Below are positions 12,399-22,351 of a stretch of DNA of 64,000 nucleotides, piece by piece (positions within the stretch are counted from its first letter, which is position 1; every line of letters begins with the position of its first letter). The notes under the pieces were generated by a model. The model was not told where the DNA came from. It made no database searches and saw nothing but the letters and a program-made list of their open reading frames with translations. Made by a program: the position numbers and the translations under genes. The DNA is from Neophaeotheca triangularis (taxonomy: Eukaryota): assembly GCA_054600435.1 (NCBI GenBank), contig BAAIJX010000005.1:372001-436000 (forward strand). Reading direction: 5' to 3'.

Positions 12399-14315
12399 CT
12401 AGCAGACGGTCATGAACACGCCCACGCCAGGCAGGTTGTAGTCATTGAACACTGACATGTCAAGGCCACCAGTGCTGGAGAACTCAAAGGACTGCCTAGC
12501 ACCAGCCTTGCACTGCTGGGTGGCGACAACGTAAGAGTTGTCAATGGCAACCTTCTCGACGCCGCCAATGTTCTCCTCGGCCACCTCGGACTTGTTCTCA
12601 AAGGTTGTCGCCTCGGTGGCGGGCTCCTTGAGCTCGTCGACAGTGAAACCGCCCTCGCCGTTGAACTCGTAGTTGCTAGTGGTCAGAACCTCACGGTTGG
12701 GCAGAAGGAAGACAAGCGAGCAAGTCATGCCGTTGTATCCGTAGGGAACATCGAAGTTGAAGATGGTTGACACATCAGGGGTGATAGTGAAGTTGTATTG
12801 GGTGCCGTAGGCCTTGTTTGGCTCATTGGCCGAGACTGGCACGATCAGGTGAGGGTATTCGAAGTTGCCCTCGAGGTTGGTCTGGCAAGCGTCATCCGCG
12901 GGCTTGGGAGCGGCAGGAGTACTCTCAGCTGAAGGCGCAGCCTCGGTAGTAGGAGACACAGCCTCAGGGGTGGAAGCAGGGGGCGCGACTGCAGTTGCAG
13001 AGGCACGGGAGCAATCAGTGACGATGACAGTGTTAACGACGGTGGAAGTCAATGTCTCGGCCTCGCCAGTAGGCTGGGTGGCTACGACACTAGTCGCAAC
13101 AGTGCTCTCAACAGTCTCGGCGGGGACGGTCTCGGTCTCCACAGGGAGAGTCTCCTCAACGGCAGAGGCGGAGGTGGTCTCAGGGTCCAACTCAACGCCA
13201 GTGGGGGAAGTCTGAGGGCCAGGGCTAGGGTCGCTGTCGACAGTGCCAGTGGCGGCAGTGGTAGTCGCCTCGGTCGGCGCAGCAGCGGTGCTCTCAACAG
13301 TAGTGGTTGGGGCAGCAGTGGTGGCCTCGTCGTCGCCCGGGCAGCTCAGGTCCCAGCGGGGCTCGCCGTTCAGGTTTGAGGGTGGGAGAATGCCGAAGGA
13401 TGGGTCGGGAGATCCAGAGTCGGTCAGGATGTACCACCAGGTGGGGCGCTGGCCAAACAGGCTGCAGCCGACTTCAGAGTAATAAGTCTGGGCGTTCTCG
13501 ACAGAAGCGACAGCGTTGTTCTGGGTGTCGCCGCTAACAGGCCAGCCGGTCTCAGTAACCCACACGGGCTTGCCCTGAGAAACACCCTCAGTCGCGGAAA
13601 GAGCATCGTAGAAGACATCGGAGGCAACGTCAATGCCGTTGTTGATGGTGCTCTGGAAGTATGGGTAGGCGTCCATTCCAACCCAGTCGAGAGCATCGAT
13701 GACAGCGTTGTTGCTGGAGTTGACGTAGGCAGTCCTTTGGGAACTGTTAGCTCTGATCCACTTAACCGCATGGGCTGCGCATGTAACTTACCAGGTGTCT
13801 ACGTGACCAATAACACCGGTTGGCACGCCCTCGACGTTGCGAACTTGGTTGATGTAGCTCACGAGCTCGTCAGGGTTGGCACCAGCGCCACTCTCGTTCT
13901 GGATGCCGGTGGGCGAAATGCGGTAAAGGTCCTCGCTGCCAACAGAGATACCGTCAATGAGGTCGAGCATGTCCTGGCCATACTGGCTGATGGCGTTCTG
14001 GAGGGCAATGATTTCGTTGTCGAAGTTAGCCTGGCCGGCCGAGGCCCACAAACCCAGGAGCAGTCTGGTGTTTGTGTTGATGGCGGCCGGGATGGCGGAG
14101 ATGACAGTGTTGGCGGTGCCGCCCTGGATCATGGTGAACAGGCGGACAGAGCCAAAGTCCAAGTCCTGGCCTCTGCTGAACTCAGACTCGAAGTCGGACT
14201 GGGTCTTTGGGCTGCCATCGGTGAAGGTGCTGCCGGAGTTGAAACCTTTTGGTGTGCCTTGAGCGGTGGCAACGACAATGCCGGCCGCAGCCGTGAGAAA
14301 TTGCGAGATACGCAT
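12399..14315 (-). CDS. Secreted GH17 endo-1,3-beta-glucanase (EglC-like) with T/S/A-rich linker and C-terminal But2-like domain
   Basis: Signal peptide; [53 protein letters not shown]. Intron 13735-13791. The C-terminal [18 protein letters not shown]...STIFNFDVP...CSLVFLLP resembles the But2 C-terminal domain. Confidence 0.9.
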
Positions 14316-15419
14316 GATTACTCCCGCTAATATGGGTTAGTAGAAAAGGAATAAAGTAGGTATGTCGTTGAACGCAGGGAAGGGAAGAAATGTCGCGTTG
14401 GATCTGGGAGCGTGTAGTTTTATATTTTATTGCAAACAGAATGATGATGAGAACTTTACCATAGCCATGGAAGTCTAGCAAAAGACTGCGCGCCCGAACC
14501 GACTCCATCGTACCTGCAGAGGTAGCGATGGCGATCTGGCGAGCAAGCAGGCGCCTTCCGATTGGTGGTGGAGAGGAAGTTTGTCGTAGAATCATGGCCA
14601 CGACGTTGACCTCGCCCACATAAGAGCACGCTAGACAAGGGAAACGGGTACATACTGGGGAACACTAGGCCGCATCGCGTAAGGCGTGTGGACGAGAATA
14701 GAGACGCACCAGCGACAAGACGTGGGCGGGACGGCACAAGCAGCACCAGGGCCGTCGAGCAGCGTCATTGCCAGGGAAAGTCGGGCACGGGTGCCTCGTG
14801 TTTCTGTATGGCTGTTTCTCGGCATGAGAACCAGTGCCAGACTTTGGCAGCAGCACGGGCGGGTAGGACTTACTAGGTAATTACTACATCATAGCAAAGC
14901 GTGCTGAGAAGACTCAATAATAATACACCCGTGGACTTTTGCTGTTTTTTTTATTTTTGTTCAAGTCCAGGTGTTGATTCTAGTCTCTCTGACGACGGTA
15001 GTCTGCAGACGGGTGCGGTGCCTGGTGTGTTGAGCGTGATCATAGCGCTTGGCGGACTTGCTCGCCTCGGCGGGTTTTGCCAATACTCGTGTTGCGCGCG
15101 GCAGAGGCAGCCCTTGGTGTGATGAAATGCTAATCCACCTCGGTTTAGTGCAGTGTTTCTGCCGACGGATATCGCGGCTTTGACTGCTAGCGACTGACAC
15201 TTGTGCACGCCTGAGGCTCCCACGCGGCTCTTGTTTTTGCGCGACATTCAGAATTCTGCACGCCGCCGCCAGCTGCAAGAGAGAAGAAAACTCTCTCGGG
15301 CAAACACGTGAGTGCCTCACACTAAAAATTCATCATCAGCTAGTGAAGACATAGAAAGTCGAGAGGCTCATCATCCATCCATTTTTTTTTTCCAGACACC
15401 ATCTCAATCTCGTGTCTTG

Positions 15420-15944
15420 ATGAGTGGCGAGTCTTCCCGGCTTGACCTGGACCATTACGCCGTCCTCGGCCTGACTGGGAAGGAAGGCAAATCTCTGTCG
15501 GCTCAGGAGGTGAAGCAGGCATACAAACGAGCCTTGTTAGCGCACCATCCCGACAAGTCCGCACCACCAAAGTCAGGCAGCAGTCAAAAGCCCGGAGGTC
15601 GCAAGGTGACAGTCGACGACATTGCGCTCGCATACAAGATCTTGTCCGAACCCCGTCTGAAAGCAGAGTATGACCATAGCCTCAATGAGCGGGCTGTCAA
15701 TGGCGGATCTTCTGACCAGGTGTATCATACGGGTCTCGAGACGGTCGATCTAGATGATTTGGAAATGGACGAGCACTCCGTGAGCTGGACAAGGGGCTGT
15801 CGATGTGGCAAGGCAAACGCCTATGTTGTGACTGAGACCGAACTAGACAAGAATCTGGCGGACGGCGAATTGATTACAGGCTGTCGCGGCTGTAGTCTGT
15901 GGTTGAGAGTCTTGTTTGGTGTTGAGGATTCCTCAGTCGGCTAA
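15420..15944 (+). CDS. DPH4: Diphthamide biosynthesis protein 4 (J-domain plus CSL zinc finger)
   Basis: HYAVLGL...YKRALLAHHPDK J-domain and CRCG...GCRGCSLW zinc finger. First ATG at 15420. Confidence 0.93.
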   Translation: MSGESSRLDLDHYAVLGLTGKEGKSLSAQEVKQAYKRALLAHHPDKSAPPKSGSSQKPGGRKVTVDDIALAYKILSEPRLKAEYDHSLNERAVNGGSSDQVYHTGLETVDLDDLEMDEHSVSWTRGCRCGKANAYVVTETELDKNLADGELITGCRGCSLWLRVLFGVEDSSVG

Positions 15945-17188
15945 GCACGTGGCTGATATGAGAGCAAGCAATAATGGAAGAGGTACTGAACGAATCTGGG
16001 CGACCGAATTGGGCTCTGGGCATCCCTGCCAACATTCGTCACCGGGCTTGACAAAGGCATGCGTAGAGCATACTTCAACTCTGAACGGCAAAAAAGACGT
16101 CGCGAAGTAGCGAACGTATTTTGGTGAAGAGCTTTTGAGATAGGAGGAAGGAATTGAGCGCAGCTTGACGAAGCGCAATTATATGCTACGTGCTTTTGTC
16201 GATATCTCATCGGCTTCGGACGTCTGACAATCGTCGTGGTCTCCCTGGCAATGGAGTGGATCTCAGCATCGGCAGCATCTACGTGATCGACGCCGCCATC
16301 TACCTGTCAATAATACAGACTAGGTGGCTACCAGCAGATCAAGGTCGTTTCTGCAGCCTACGCAGCGGCTCCCCATCTTGAAGATCAATATTGACTGCAG
16401 CAGGTGCGAAAGTGGCTGTAGATGATACCTCATGAAAATGCTGCAGCTCGATATAATCAAGGCTCATGATAGGGGCGAGCTATTCTGCCTATGCACCTTC
16501 TACATGCCGAGCGCCCGTTCAATCTATTCGATAACGCTGAGGCCAAGGGCCTGGCGGCCATACTAAGTCCAGACATGACGTGAAATACTCCATATCCGGC
16601 CTGCAAATCCTGGCGCAGTGATTCAGTGAAGCACTTGCATCTCAGAACGAGCATGGGAGGAAGCCGTGCAGACGGGATCGCGGCGGGAGAAACAAGGCTG
16701 GACCGGGCCAGGTGAAAGACTGACTTGGCGGCCTGACTCAAGCTTTTCGCCGTAGGGGTATTGGCATCATTAGGGTCTCGAATTCCATGCAACCATGCAC
16801 AACAAGTACCCAGGTAGTTCTCCTATCTATAGTTGCTGCGCCAACCACACGCGTCCGTTTGCGTCGTCGACTGTCAGCCGAAAGGTGCACAGACATACCG
16901 AGACCTCAACGAGTCAACAGCACAACTGAAACATGATCGAGGTCCGTCGGCTTGCGTGGCCAGCCCACGCAAATTGCCAGCCGGCTATCTATCGCGCTGC
17001 TGGGCAACGGACCTTTGCCCATAGCACGTGTATATAGAAGGCCTCCTGTACATGTTCCGCTGGCTCGATCCTTCGTTCCTCACTCCCACAGCATCAATCA
17101 AACAAACCCTAAACTTTCGCTACCACTACCAAGACCACTCACTTCCAAACCACCACCAAACAAACCCCCAAACAAACCCACCATCAAA

Positions 17189-17478
17189 ATGCAGTTCACC
17201 AGCATCATCGCCTCTGTCCTCGCCGTCTCCGGCCTGGCCGCCGCCCAGTACGCTCCCTCCCACCGCCCTTTCTCTCTACCAACGTCAATTCACTAACATT
17301 CCTCATCAGGTACAACGGCACCACCCCCCACAGCACCGGCGCCGCCGCTCCCTCCGGCACTGGCTCCGCCCCCGGCGCCTCCGGCAGCTCGCCCGCTGAG
17401 TTCGACTCCGGCGCTTCCACCGTCGGTGCCTCCGCCCTCGGCCTTGCCGTCGCTGGCGGTGTCGCCCTCCTGATCTAA
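17189..17478 (+). CDS. Small secreted, probably GPI-anchored protein, 75 aa
   Basis: ATG in ATCAAAATG context, TATA-like TATATAGA near 17031, intron 17248-17309 (GTACGC...CACTAAC...CAG). Spliced product MQFTSIIASVLAVSGLAAAQYNGTTPHSTGAAAPSGTGSAPGASGSSPAEFDSGASTVGASALGLAVAGGVALLI*, with strongly C-ending codons. Confidence 0.85.
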
Positions 17479-18778
17479 GAAGCTCCGCGGTCGCAACTTT
17501 TTCGATTTGAGCATTTGCAGCGGCAGCATCATGGGTTTCCTGTGACCGTTTATGGTTTTCTTCGGACAGGGGGGTTTGTTTTTCAAGGGGGAAGAAGGCG
17601 TAATGCCAAACTTTTATATACCATTGCTTCTAATGAGTGAGCATTGGCGCTTTTGAGCGTCGTCGTCGACGATGGATGGGGTATAGATAGCTTCGTTATT
17701 GGAAGGACATTTTCCCACCAGCCTTGATTTTTCTTTTTTTGACCGACTGTCTTCTATAATCTCCAGCAATCCCGCATTGTGTTGTTTCTTGAAGTTTCAG
17801 TCGCCGCGGCTAGCGCGCTCCCACACCCCTAATTATTGAGAGTAGGTTTCGTTGGTGCCGTGAGTGGAGAGCGCCGTCATAGCAGTCCACTTCTCACCCG
17901 ATCTGGATAGTGAGGTGGAGGGGTGCCGAATGACTAGTGGTACAAACTACCGCCCTTCGAATCGCTACCGCCTTGCTGATGATGCCGCTTCCTGCAAATC
18001 CTCATTAATAATGATAAATTTTTCTCTTTCCTCGGAGCACTGGATCGATCGTATCCTTCGCCTCTTGGAAGCAGGTTTTCGAATTTCTTGCGGGATGAGC
18101 AACCGACGACAGGGCAGCATGGATGGACGTTCTCGTCATCGCAACTGAAATGGACCGCTTCCGGATGGCGATGTACCTCCTCGATGACTTGGAATAATCA
18201 GGTAGCACAAACGTTTGGGAACATGTTTTGCGCGAGCGAGTATGGGGGCAGGCGACCTGGAGTTGCGTATCGTGCAAGTAGATCAAGTACTGAGGAAGTT
18301 CTACATACTTTAGCAGTACACATCAAGGTATAGTGCCTGTCGATGGAGCTGTATGGCAGCGGATGCCCTTGGCGCTTTAGTTTAAGGTTTACACTTTCCA
18401 GGCAGTTTGACACCTTCGTTCGACCTGAACATACATACACCCGTCGACTCGAGCTTTGCGATGTTGTATGTTGCGCTATCATTGTTTGTGCCCTTCGCTG
18501 CTTCTCTACGAACTCAATCGACTTGACGCTGAGCTCCCTCGATTCAAGAGCTTGGGCAGGCAGAAGCAGTCGATCTACCTCGCCATGTCATCACGTCTTC
18601 CCGAGGCAGATCCATGGATGCTGGAGAGCTCCAGCTTCCCGTCCTCTGAGGGGTAGGGATGCAGCTGGACGACAAAAGACGGCAAAACATTTCCAACGCC
18701 GTCAACAACAGGTAACACCACACCCCCTCACTCCCCCATTCCCAAGACTTCCACAACCCACCAACCGCAACCGTAACC

Positions 18779-19879
18779 ATGGAAAAGACCCTCCCAGAAA
18801 AGATGCGCGCAATTCAAGTAGTCGCCTACAACGCGCCCTACGCCCTCAACACCGTCCCAGTCCCCTCCGATCTCTCCCCTCACGACCTCCTAGTCAAAAT
18901 CGCAGTCGCCAGCAACTGCCACACCGACAGCATGGTTCAATCCGGCACCTTCGGCACCGAGCTGCCCTGCACCGCGTCTCACGAAGGCGCCGGCACCGTC
19001 GTCAAAACCGGCAGCGCCGTGACGGACTTCTCCCCGGGCGACCGCGTCATGTGCGGTCTCCCCTTCCATCCCTGTGGTAGCTGTCATGATTGCTTAGGCC
19101 CGGAGACGCAGCTGCAGTACTGTGGCAATCTTGAGGGGCATTGCGGCGTACATGTCGATGGATTCTTCGCCGAGTATGCGAGGATCGATGCGAGGAGGGC
19201 TACGGCGCTGCCGGATAGGGTCAGTTTCATGAGCGCGGCGCCGCTGGCTTGTGCCGGGAGGACGGTGTTTAGGGCGGTGGAGGTGAGTGGGCTGAAGAGC
19301 GGGGAGTGGATTTGTTTTGTCGGGTCAGGGGGAGGGCTGGGTCATTTGGGAGTTCAGTTTGCGAAGGCTTTGGGGTTGCAAGTGATTGGTATCGACGCGA
19401 GAGACGAGGGGTTGGAGTTGTCGAGGCAGAACGGGGCGGATGTCGTTGTGGATGCTAGGAAGGGCGACAAAGCGGTCGTCGAAGCAGTGCACAGAGTCAC
19501 GAATGGCATGGGCGCCGACAGTACTGTTAATCTCTCTGATGCTGCTACGGCGGCTGCGACGGCGTGCGCGGTTACCAAGATGCACGGGGTTATGGTACAG
19601 ATTGCGCAGCCGGATGTGGTGAACATTCCATTTCCGGAGTTGATTTTCAGGGACATTCGAGTCAGGGGGAGTCTGATTTGTTCGCCCAAGGAGAGCGAGC
19701 GGATGTTAGAGGTGATAGCTGAGCATGGTATTAGCGTCAAGACGAATCCGTTTTATGGGTTGGATAAGATTGAGGATCTGACCAAGATGGTGCATGGGGG
19801 GAAGATTCAGGGAAAAGCTGTGATTGTAATTGATGAAGAGCAAATGGAGAAGGAAAAAGAGCTAGGAGCAAAGTTCTGA
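18779..19879 (+). CDS. Zinc-dependent alcohol dehydrogenase (MDR family)
   Basis: CHTD, SHEGAG, structural Zn cysteines CGSCHDC...C, APLACAG and Rossmann GSGGGLGHLGVQFAKA. Confidence 0.93.
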   Translation: MEKTLPEKMRAIQVVAYNAPYALNTVPVPSDLSPHDLLVKIAVASNCHTDSMVQSGTFGTELPCTASHEGAGTVVKTGSAVTDFSPGDRVMCGLPFHPCGSCHDCLGPETQLQYCGNLEGHCGVHVDGFFAEYARIDARRATALPDRVSFMSAAPLACAGRTVFRAVEVSGLKSGEWICFVGSGGGLGHLGVQFAKALGLQVIGIDARDEGLELSRQNGADVVVDARKGDKAVVEAVHRVTNGMGADSTVNLSDAATAAATACAVTKMHGVMVQIAQPDVVNIPFPELIFRDIRVRGSLICSPKESERMLEVIAEHGISVKTNPFYGLDKIEDLTKMVHGGKIQGKAVIVIDEEQMEKEKELGAKF

Positions 19880-20090
19880 AAGTTCCCTGAGTGAGAATAT
19901 GTACCAGTAGGTAGTAATGGTAGAGCAGAGCCATCATTTGTACTTGTTTGTTGTACATGTGCACAGCTTCCGTACCCGCAACTTATCGCTGCCCGAGAGA
20001 ATAAAACGCCATTCGCTGTCCCATGAAGATCCACGCTCGATGCTCAGCTCCTGTCATCCTATCCATTGTCTGTCAGCCACCCGAAAATCC

Positions 20091-20884
20091 TTAAAACATG
20101 CTCTTATCCTTCTTCAAGTTGAAAGCTCGCTGGTCCTTCAACCAACGCCTGTAATCCTTCACAGACGCAATTTTCTCGCCATAGTAATCCGGGATAGGGT
20201 TCTGCGGACTCGAAGAAGCAGGATCAGCTCGGTAGCGCTTGATACGCGCATAGAACGACTTCTCCTTCTGCAAAAGAAAAATTGTCAGCAATCCATCCCC
20301 ATCCTCCCTTGTTCATCTACAAGTCAACCCACCTCGGCAATCAGCTTATTCCAGCCCCTCCGCCCCGCCCACAGCGTGAATCCAATATTGCCAAAACTCG
20401 GCCCACACATCCAACCCGCTCCTGCTACCGAGAAGGTCGCCAGCCCGAGCACGATGACCGGGTCCAAGCCAAATGTCTGCGCTCCCCAGCTGTCGATGTC
20501 GTTGTTGGCGATCAGGGGTGCGGTGAAAGCGACTGTGACTGCTGCCGAAGCGGCGGAAGCTCCGAGGTTGATGAAGCGCCGTTTCTTGCGCAAGTCGAAG
20601 AAGCGGTTCCAGGTTAGTAGGTCTTGTGGTTTTTCTGCGTTGGATGAGGTCGACGCTGGTCGAGAAAGGACTTGCAGCTTCTGGGATGTGATGGCTCGGC
20701 GGGGTGTGCTTATGGGCGTTACGGGGCGTTTCGTTTGCGCGGCGAATGTGGAAGTGAGTTGTTGTTCATGTTGCCTGGAGGAGGTGCCAAAGCAGGCTCT
20801 TTTCGGCGCGGGTACAGCGAATGCCCGACTTGCTGAGGTCGCAAATCGTGCGCAGGGCGCTTTCGAGCAGATCAGGGAAGCCAT
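20091..20884 (-). CDS. PAM17: Mitochondrial presequence translocase motor subunit Pam17
   Basis: Basic presequence, LTWNRFFDLRKKRR, two TM segments, intron 20268-20332, then KEKSFYARIKRYRADP...NPIPDYYGEKIASVKDYRRWLKDQRAFN. Confidence 0.93.
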
Positions 20885-21622
20885 TGTGGTTTACAGTCAG
20901 TGTGTCCAGTTTCGACTTGCAATGTTCTAAGGCAGCTTTGATGTGCTTTGCGGAGTTGGTTTCACTTGCGCCAAAGCCAAGCCAAGACATGGTCCGTGCC
21001 ATACCTTACCATCATGTACCTCATGTATTCGAATGGTTATTGAATTCTACCCATGGTAAACTTTGGTGGGAATTGAGCAACACGATTGGTGAGGAGATCA
21101 AGGGCTATAGAGGATTGACAGCTTACATTAGTACATATCCGAACCAGCGGCCCATCTACTTATATTGAATTGCTGGAGCTCCCAAGGAGAGCCATCTTCT
21201 CACACCATCCTAACAATACTTTCCCTCGCGCAATCACCACGACACTCTTTTCCAGAAGATGAGCACCAGGTCCAACGTGCTGTTCAAACATTCCTGAAGT
21301 CACGTCGTCTCCTAGTGCTTGAGCCCGTTGCCCAGTCTGACACGAAGGCAGATTGCTGTCTGCGCAGGTATGGCGACAATCTCATGAAGCGGCTATCGTC
21401 CACCTGGGGAGCATCTGGGCTAATAGGTGGCCTTTGGGCGAGATCTACTGCGATTCTCCAGGGGGCGAGAATGAACGCAGTCTGGTCAACTCTCCTTTCC
21501 CCTCCAGTCCATGCCGGGGCCCGGAGTAATGTCGCACATCAATGAGTATTGGGCAGGCCACCAAGTAGTGCCAACAAAGGCCGCGACACGCCCATGTAGC
21601 CGGAGCGTGCTGTCGTTCGGGG

Positions 21623-22041
21623 TTACGCCTTGCTGCCCAGTGACTTCTTGTCCGCCTGAAGATCGCGAAGCTCTCCTTCCAGTGCATGGACTTCTTCTGC
21701 GACATAATTCAGCGTCGACGCTCTTTCACTCTAATGTCTCGGACAACGCACCCTCTTTGTTGTGCTTCTCCTCGATGCTTTCAAGCTTCAACCAAGAATA
21801 GTAGGCTGCCTGGAAGGTGAAAACGGCCATCAGGAAGGTCTTTGCAAATGGCCGGCTGAACTGCTTGTATACATTACGCTGCGTTGGAGAGTCAGTGGTG
21901 TTGATCATTCGACGACGCAGGACCGCGGCGTACGTGTGGGTTGTTGGGAGGGGTCGGCGGCTGGTAGGTCGATTGGAAACGGGCGTTATGGATCGTAAGT
22001 CGTGCGAGCATTGTCGCGTTTCTTCGGTGTAGGCCGATCAT
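21623..22041 (-). CDS. Small mitochondrial inner-membrane protein (Ina17-like), about 103 aa
   Basis: Three exons with 55-nt introns 21879-21933 and 21697-21751. Product MIGLHRRNATMLARLTIHNARFQST...RNVYKQFSRPFAKTFLMAVFTFQAAYYSWLKLESIEEKHNKEEEVHALEGELRDLQADKKSLGSKA*: presequence-like N-terminus, one TM and a short coiled coil. The family assignment is tentative. Confidence 0.75.
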
Positions 22042-22171
22042 TGTTGCGCTTGGAGATTCGAGGATGACCGCAATACTGTAGTACTAGGACAGGCCAGTAG
22101 CACATTGGACGTTCTCAATGCAGCTGGAGCGGGTCTCCGGCGGTTGAATGTCGGTAGTACCCAGCCACTGA

Positions 22172-22195
22172 TCGCGTTTTTGACGCGAAACGCGA
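22172..22195. promoter_or_regulatory. Cluster of MCB/SCB-like CGCG elements upstream of CDC6
   Basis: TCGCGT, ACGCGAAA and ACGCGA within 24 bp, about 160-180 bp upstream of the CDC6 ATG. cdc18/CDC6 is a known G1/S MBF target in yeasts. Confidence 0.6.
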
Positions 22196-22219
22196 CACGC
22201 TCGGTCCTTCCATGTTAAG

Positions 22220-22220
<1 letters not shown>

Positions 22221-22250
<30 letters not shown>
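22221..22250. repeat. (GCTT)7.5 microsatellite
   Basis: Read directly, in the CDC6 5' region. Confidence 0.9.
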
Positions 22251-22351
22251 ACCTTCCTCTCTACAGCAACTCCCACTTTCCACTTGCAACAGCACCGCAC
22301 TTGCACTTGCACTTTCCGCCCAACAGCCTCCAACATCTACACGAAACGGCA

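Noticed and set aside
17900..18330. Protein-like fragments interrupted by stops (MDVLVIATEMDRFRMAMYLLDDLE*)
   Set aside because: No recognisable family; too weak to call a pseudogene.
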